Below are positions 56,308-61,244 of a DNA stretch of 61,244 bases, in pieces; the stretch's first letter is position 1, and the number at the start of each line of letters is the position of its first letter. The position numbers and the translations under genes are program-made. The notes beneath the pieces are model-generated. The model had not been told where the DNA came from. It saw nothing but the letters and a program-made list of their open reading frames with translations, and did not search any database. Source of the DNA: an uncultured bacterium (lineage in GTDB: Bacteria; Cyanobacteriota; Vampirovibrionia; Gastranaerophilales; Gastranaerophilaceae); NCBI GenBank assembly GCA_900547585.1, contig URHD01000001.1, positions 1 to 61,244 of the forward strand, read 5' to 3'.

Positions 56308-56856
56308 TCACGCAGAACCGGCTTCCGCGCCGCAAGCCTGCTGCACTAAATCGCCGGCAGTTTGTGTTTTCAAATCGACCAGAGTGTCAACAACCTCTCT
56401 GAATGCGCCATCGCCCGCGGAAGCCGCCGTAATTTGAAGATTTTCGAGTTCCAGAACTTTTCTGTTTGCGGATTTTACGGTTACGCTGAAACCCGCGTAT
56501 TTTAAGCATTCAATATCATTGACATCATCGCCCATGTAAAGAATTTCAGAGCGTTTTAGCTCGTTTTTCCCGAGAAGTTCTTCAAGGACGGGAAGTTTGT
56601 TCCTTATTCCCTGAAAAGCACCGGCAAGCTCGAATTTTTCGTTCAAAGTATCAATTGCACCAGCATGCGAGCCCGAAATTATTGCAACGCCGATTCCGTT
56701 TTTAATCGCAACAGAAACGCCCATCAAATCCTTGTAACTGACTTTTTTTGCGGATTTTCCGTCTTCAAAAATGTAGACGGAGTTGTCCGTAAAAATTCCG
56801 TCAAAATCTGAAACAATTAGTTTTATTTCGGGTGATAAATTAAGCGAGCTGGGCAT
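56308..56856 (-). CDS. HAD-IIIA phosphatase, KdsC-like (3-deoxy-ulosonate phosphate phosphatase family)
   Basis: The matching motifs are LIVSDFDGIFTD, ISGSH and YMGDDVNDIECLKYAGFSV. It overlaps the NeuB-like gene by 17 nt. Confidence 0.75.
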   Translation of the reverse strand: MPSSLNLSPEIKLIVSDFDGIFTDNSVYIFEDGKSAKKVSYKDLMGVSVAIKNGIGVAIISGSHAGAIDTLNEKFELAGAFQGIRNKLPVLEELLGKNELKRSEILYMGDDVNDIECLKYAGFSVTVKSANRKVLELENLQITAASAGDGAFREVVDTLVDLKTQTAGDLVQQACGAEAGSA

Positions 56857-57724
56857 TTTTGACCTTTCTAAGTTTCTTCAAAACAGGTTTTTCACTTTCG
56901 TAAACAACTTTTTTGCCATCTCCGAGCACCACCGGCACACTTCTGATGTCACGAACCATTCTTCTAAGCCCTTCTGCTTCAAGACTTGCCGCCTGATCAG
57001 AGCCCCAGAGGGTTCGATCAAGGGTTATGTGGCGCTCCACAGAAGCAGCGCCGAATGCAGCAGCCAAAACCGACGGCAGATAGCCTTTTTCATGCCCGCT
57101 GTAGCCTATAGGGCAGTCAAAAAGCACCCTGAACTGCTCAATCGCACGAATATTTATTTCTCTGTGCTCGGACGGATAGGTCGAAGTGCAGTGATAAATC
57201 ACCAAATCATCCGTTCCGAGAACATCAACTGCGTGTTTTATTTCTTCCATTGTGCTCATGCCGGTAGAAAGCAGAATTGGCTTGCCTTTTGAGCGTGTAT
57301 AAGCAATCAAATCATCGTCAGTCAGCGACGCGGAGGCAATTTTGTAGCAGGGCGGGTCAAATTGGTCAATAAAATCGACAGAACCCTTATCCCAGCAAGA
57401 TGCAAACCACATGATTTTTTTTGATTTGCAATATTCATCGATTTCCTTGTATTCATCAAAACCGAGCTCCAGTCCGCGTTTCAGGTCGCCGTTTGTTTGT
57501 CCGAAAAAGTTCGGACGTGGCTGGGCGAGCTCTTCCGGCGTATAAACAGCTTCCACAGTCCTTTTCTGGAATTTTACCGCGTCACAGCCGGCTAAAACCG
57601 CTTCATCTATCATTTTTTTAGCCAGATCAACAGAACCGTTGTGATTTATGCCAATTTCCGCGATTACAAAGCAAGGCTCGTTATCGCCAATTATTCTATT
57701 TAAAATCCTAACTTTTTTTCTCAA
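56840..57724 (-). CDS. N-acetylneuraminate (nonulosonate) synthase family protein, NeuB/SpsE-like
   Basis: FVIAEIGINHNGSVDLAKKMIDEAVLAGCDAVKFQKR, KIASASL, STGMSTMEEI, HCTSTYP and GYSGHE. Confidence 0.8.
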   Translation of the reverse strand: MRKKVRILNRIIGDNEPCFVIAEIGINHNGSVDLAKKMIDEAVLAGCDAVKFQKRTVEAVYTPEELAQPRPNFFGQTNGDLKRGLELGFDEYKEIDEYCKSKKIMWFASCWDKGSVDFIDQFDPPCYKIASASLTDDDLIAYTRSKGKPILLSTGMSTMEEIKHAVDVLGTDDLVIYHCTSTYPSEHREINIRAIEQFRVLFDCPIGYSGHEKGYLPSVLAAAFGAASVERHITLDRTLWGSDQAASLEAEGLRRMVRDIRSVPVVLGDGKKVVYESEKPVLKKLRKVKNAQLA

Positions 57725-57734
57725 TTAAAACCCC

Positions 57735-58217
57735 TTAATTCTTGTATTTTTTGTACAATTGCGCAAGTTCGTCGTCTTTTTCCTCTTTTTGCAGGTCAAA
57801 AGCCGTCTTGCTAAGCTCCTGTGAATGCGAGGAAGCACAATCTTTGTCATAATCTTTTAAAATCGTAATATTATTTTGCGTTGCGCCCACAACAAGGATT
57901 TTGTCATTAAATTCCACGGCATAAAGGTTCTTTTGAGAGCCCAAAGGCAAAGAGGAAACGATTTTAAAGGTATTTTTGCCGGCAAATTTGTCTTTCAGTT
58001 TTGTTTGGTTGACCCTGTTAAGTTTCTGATAAACCCAGCCGGTAAGGTAAATCAGCCCTATAACGAGAATCATGGAAATAACAAGATTAAGCAGGCTGGG
58101 CATGTCTGATTGGGTTTTCATGGCAATTTTCATTGATTCCGGCACGGAAACCGCGCAAAAGCCTGTATTTATGCTAAAAAAAAGTCCGTTTATTAAAAAT
58201 AAAATCTTTTTCATCAA
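57735..58217 (-). CDS. FliO-like membrane protein
   Basis: A single internal TM (LLNLVISMILVIGLIYLTGWVYQKL) is followed by KIVSSLPLGSQKNLYAVEFNDKILVVGATQNNITIL. This mirrors the FliO pattern (...v.e...LG.r..l.lVeVggr.lLLGVT...i.lL). Confidence 0.55.
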   Translation of the reverse strand: MMKKILFLINGLFFSINTGFCAVSVPESMKIAMKTQSDMPSLLNLVISMILVIGLIYLTGWVYQKLNRVNQTKLKDKFAGKNTFKIVSSLPLGSQKNLYAVEFNDKILVVGATQNNITILKDYDKDCASSHSQELSKTAFDLQKEEKDDELAQLYKKYKN

Positions 58218-58306
58218 CTACCCCTGTTTACTGTTAATTAAATTCTAGCATGTTAAAGCCAAAAGAATCCCGAAAAGGGGCGATTTTAAAATAAATTGTT
58301 ACACAT

Positions 58307-58336
58307 AAAAAAAGACGGACTATTGTGTCCGCCTTT
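58307..58336 (-). terminator. rho-independent terminator after glnA
   Basis: The minus strand reads AAAGGCGGAC-ACAATA-GUCCGUCUUUUUUU. Confidence 0.75.
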
Positions 58337-58357
58337 GTAGTTCTAGCCAAAGATTTA

Positions 58358-59722
58358 TTAATATCTTTCCAGATATCTGTCGAGTTCCCACTGTGAAACG
58401 TAAGTTCGGAATTCATCCCACTCTTTGTATTTTGCTGTGAGAAATTCGTTGAAAATATGTTCACCAAGCGCATTTTTAACAACGTCATTTTTCTCCATAA
58501 GCTGCAAAGCCTCAAGCAGGCTTCCGGGAAGCGTGTCAATTTTGCTTCTTTTTCTTTCTTTGTCGGTCATATCATAAATATTGTGTTCAACGGGGAGCAT
58601 TGGCTCTTTTCTGTTTTTAACGCCATCCATTGCCGCCTGAAGAATCACAGCAAGCGCAAGATAAGGATTGCAGCTCGGGTCGGGAGAACGGAGCTCAACT
58701 CTGGTTGCTTGACCGCGTTTTGCCGGAACTCTTATGAGCGCGCTTCTGTTTGCGTTTGACCATGCGAGATAAACAGGAGCTTCATATCCCGGTACAAGGC
58801 GTTTGTAGCTGTTAACAAGGGGATTTGTAACGGCTGTGAACGCTTTTACGTTGTCCAAAAGCCCGCCAATTACCCAGAGTGCCTCCTGTGAAAGCTTGTA
58901 GGTTCTATCTTCGTCGAGGAAAGCGTTTTTTCCGTCTTTAAAGAGCGAAACATTACAGTGCATTCCAGAACCGTTTATGCCGAAGATAGGTTTTGGCATA
59001 AAAGTAGCGTGAAGTCCGTATTTTGAGGCAACGGCTTTTACCGCATATTTGAAAGTTATGATATTATCGGCACTTGTGAGCGTGTCTGTATATTTAAAAT
59101 CGACTTCATGCTGACCCTGCGCAACTTCGTGGTGGCTGGCTTCGATTTCAAAGCCCATTTTTTGCAAAGTATAAACGATTTCGCCCCTGATGTCTTCGCC
59201 GTGGTCGTCCGGCCCTACATCGTAGTAGCCGGCTTTATCGTGGGTGAGTGTTGTTGCTCTTTTTTCTTCATCGCGTTTAAAAAGGAAAAATTCGGCTTCC
59301 GGTCCGACATTCATGACAAAACCGAGGTCTTTTGCTTCCTGAATTACTCTTTTGAGGTTACATCTGGGGCAGCCTTCAAAGGGTGTTCCGTCAGCGTTGT
59401 GAATATCGCAGATAATTCTTGCAACATTGCCTTCTTCTTTGCTTCGCCAGGGGAGAAGTGCAAAAGTACTTTTATCTGGATAAAAATACATGTCGGAAGT
59501 TTCAATACTTCTGAAGCCTTTGATTGAGGAGCCGTCAAGCATCAGCTCATTGTTGAGAATTTTGTCGATTTGAACGGACGGAATCGCCATATTTTTCACC
59601 TGACCGTTAATATCGACGAATTGCATACGGATAAAGTTAACATGATTTTCTTTTATCAGTTTTTTTATCTCGTCGTTTGTAAGTTCTTTTGATTGTTTCG
59701 GAATGTAGCTAATTGGTGCCAT
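58358..59722 (-). CDS. glnA: glutamine synthetase type I
   Basis: FDGSSI-like LDGSSIKGF, GPEAEFFLF, KPIFGINGSGMHCNVSL, NPLVNSYKRLVPGYEAP and RVELRSPD. Confidence 0.95.
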   Translation of the reverse strand: MAPISYIPKQSKELTNDEIKKLIKENHVNFIRMQFVDINGQVKNMAIPSVQIDKILNNELMLDGSSIKGFRSIETSDMYFYPDKSTFALLPWRSKEEGNVARIICDIHNADGTPFEGCPRCNLKRVIQEAKDLGFVMNVGPEAEFFLFKRDEEKRATTLTHDKAGYYDVGPDDHGEDIRGEIVYTLQKMGFEIEASHHEVAQGQHEVDFKYTDTLTSADNIITFKYAVKAVASKYGLHATFMPKPIFGINGSGMHCNVSLFKDGKNAFLDEDRTYKLSQEALWVIGGLLDNVKAFTAVTNPLVNSYKRLVPGYEAPVYLAWSNANRSALIRVPAKRGQATRVELRSPDPSCNPYLALAVILQAAMDGVKNRKEPMLPVEHNIYDMTDKERKRSKIDTLPGSLLEALQLMEKNDVVKNALGEHIFNEFLTAKYKEWDEFRTYVSQWELDRYLERY

Positions 59723-60012
59723 TTTTTCTCCTTTTCACAGCTTCATGTATTTTGGTTCCTATGTTTTTAATTATCAGTTCATTTTTCCTATGTGTCAAAC
59801 TGTTTTCAGGATTTTAATCGGCAGGGTTTTAGAAAAATCGTTAAAAAAAGCGGGGATTTTTTTATTATTTTAGTATTTTGAGATTTTCGGGCTGTTTTTT
59901 GCTGCAAAAATAAAAATTATTTATAAAATAATAGAGTTTATTAGAAAAAAATTTTTTGTTTACAAACTAAATATTTATTAATCCCCATCCCCAAACACCC
60001 AAATCACCCAAA

Positions 60013-60238
60013 GTAAAAAGTAAAGAATATTAATTTTTCGACGCCTATTAAGTTCCGCCCCTATGGCGCTGACCTGCGTCAGCTTCGCCGGGGCTACACT
60101 CCGGCTGGCGCAACCTATGAGCGGATTTTTTCGGGAATGAAATTCCCATGCGGAGCTGGAGGTTACTCCGGCGGAGCGGAAAGAATCCAAGACGCGAAGC
60201 GAATTGAGCTAGAAAAATTGATATTCTTTGCTTTTTAC
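60013..60238. mobile_element. MITE-like element: 27-bp terminal inverted repeats around a 172-nt GC-rich core, flanked by an 11-nt direct repeat
   Basis: GTAAAAAGTAAAGAATATTAATTTTTC (60013-60039) pairs with the reverse complement of 60212-60238 (2 T/C differences). AAATCACCCAA occurs at 60001-60011 and again at 60242-60252. No ORF with protein-like composition lies inside. Confidence 0.5.
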
Positions 60239-60256
60239 GCAAAATCACCCAACTTC

Positions 60257-61244
60257 CTAATGATGAAAATGCCAGAACGGGAAATGCAAACCGGATTTAT
60301 TTTTAATTTTAGTTTTCAGGAGCCTTTTGGCGTGTTCAATCGCATCTTCCTCACGGCAAAATACGAGTTCTTCGCCTATTTGCTCTTTAATTTTCAAATT
60401 CGTAAGCTGCTCGAGCACTTTTTCACAGTGAACAACGAGCAAAACCTTTATTTTCTGGCTTTGCAGACGGATAATTATATCCTCCAGCGCAAAAACCGCT
60501 GAAATATCCAGAGGCGAGTCGGATTCATAATTCAAAATAAGATATTTTGTCCCGAGCAGCTCATCAAACTGCGAAACAATCTGAGTTGCGCTTCCAAAGA
60601 AAAACTGCCCATTTATGTGAACAACACGGATTTTGTGTTTGTAATCCTTTTCGAGTTTTTTCTCGATTTTCATTATTTCAGTGTCATAAATCTCTTTTAC
60701 ACCGAGATTTGTTCTGTCTGCAACCCTTTTGGCGTAAAGCAAAGAAGCAAGAACAATACCTGCCGCAACCGCAAAAATAAGGTTGTAAAACACCGTCAAC
60801 AAAAATACAACAGCCAAAACATACAAATCATCGCGCGGAGCGAATTTTACGACCTTTAAAAACTTCGTATCAATGATGTCGTAGCCGATTTTTACAAGAA
60901 TTCCGCCCAAAACAGCCAGAGGAATCTGCGACGCCATTGCACCGAACTTCAATAAAATCGCCAGAAGAATGCAGGTGCTGATTATTGTTGAAATTCTCGT
61001 TGTTGCACCGTTTTTTATGGCGGCAGCGGTTCTCATTGTTGCCGCAGCACCGTACAATGAGCCGGTAAGCGCGCAGCATAAGTTGCCAAGACCTTGAGAA
61101 AGCACAATTCTCTGCGTGTTGCTCTGTTTTTTCATCAAAGAATCCGCAACAAGCGACGTCAAAAGGCTTTCAGAGGACGCAACAATCGCCAGAATCAATG
61201 CATACGGGAAATAATCCATCAATGTTTTAATATCTATCGCCGGA
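60257..61244 (-). CDS. SulP-family anion transporter, C-terminal part with STAS domain (5' end beyond the window)
   Basis: TM segments typical of SulP, then a STAS-like tail (IRVVHINGQFFFGSA...LILNYESDSPLDISAVFALEDII...KVLLV). The frame stays open to the window edge upstream of the track Met. Confidence 0.85.
   Translation of the reverse strand, partial: PAIDIKTLMDYFPYALILAIVASSESLLTSLVADSLMKKQSNTQRIVLSQGLGNLCCALTGSLYGAAATMRTAAAIKNGATTRISTIISTCILLAILLKFGAMASQIPLAVLGGILVKIGYDIIDTKFLKVVKFAPRDDLYVLAVVFLLTVFYNLIFAVAAGIVLASLLYAKRVADRTNLGVKEIYDTEIMKIEKKLEKDYKHKIRVVHINGQFFFGSATQIVSQFDELLGTKYLILNYESDSPLDISAVFALEDIIIRLQSQKIKVLLVVHCEKVLEQLTNLKIKEQIGEELVFCREEDAIEHAKRLLKTKIKNKSGLHFPFWHFHH

Noticed and set aside
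59723-59980. NtcA (GTA-N8-TAC) or GlnR/TnrA (TGTNA-N7-TNACA) operator upstream of glnA
   Set aside because: I scanned both strands by eye and found only partial half-sites (e.g. TGTCAAACTGTTTTCAG), with no full match. The AT-rich background makes partial matches meaningless.
59978-60502. Track ORFs 59978..60190(-), 60048..60248(-) and 60137..60502(+) in and around the MITE-like element
   Set aside because: They are confined to the GC-rich core or overlap the sulP 3' end. Their composition is Arg/Gly/Ala/Ser-biased with no start context, so they are read-throughs of GC-rich non-coding sequence.

Overview
This is a gene-dense, AT-rich chromosomal segment of about 55 credible CDS plus 2 tRNAs. 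It has no rRNA, CRISPR array, transposase or prophage genes.

Most of the content is housekeeping:
- Translation, proteostasis and DNA repair: thrS, glyS (beta subunit only), uvrA, a pcrA/uvrD-type helicase, the tig-clpP-clpX block, HU and a XerC/D-type recombinase.
- Metabolism: purA, glnA, aspartokinase, prephenate dehydrogenase, a PfkB kinase, a GlgP-like phosphorylase and dCMP deaminase.
- Transport: TrkH/KtrB-type K+, a FeoA-FeoB fusion, an MFS sugar porter, DMT, SugE/Gdx and a partial SulP.
- Signalling: a truncated KdpD/KdpE-like pair and an RpaB/Ycf27-like OmpR regulator.
- Cell wall: an SLT transglycosylase and an AmiC-like amidase.

Three prepilin-like proteins, the RpaB-like regulator and a FliO-like protein suggest (inference only) a non-photosynthetic relative of Cyanobacteria (Melainabacteria/Vampirovibrionia-like) or a similar AT-rich gut or environmental lineage.

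A textbook guanidine-I (ykkC) riboswitch precedes sugE/gdx.

I found no multi-gene defence-type system. The least explained signal is non-coding: a set of intergenic, GC-rich, highly structured modules.
- Two tandem units beside tRNA-Arg(CCG) are assembled from sense and antisense pieces of that tRNA.
- Two homologous ~75-nt cores lie in opposite orientation upstream of uvrA, each clamped by its own perfect 21-24 bp inverted repeat.
- A 226-nt inverted-repeat element downstream of sulP is flanked by an 11-nt direct repeat.
- A 96-nt multi-hairpin module lies downstream of lysC.
- An 80-nt palindrome lies downstream of the ykgJ-like gene.

Coding oddities:
- An orphan protein carries an anthrax-lethal-factor-like HExxH...Y-x6-EFxAE zinc-protease signature.
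- A 719-aa protein consists of two ~290-aa copies of an unknown module.
- The GlgP-like enzyme has Ser at the position I expect for the PLP lysine.
- The KtrB-type gene is translationally coupled to an unknown 4-TM protein instead of KtrA/TrkA.

All calls come from reading the sequence and recalling family motifs. No database search was run.
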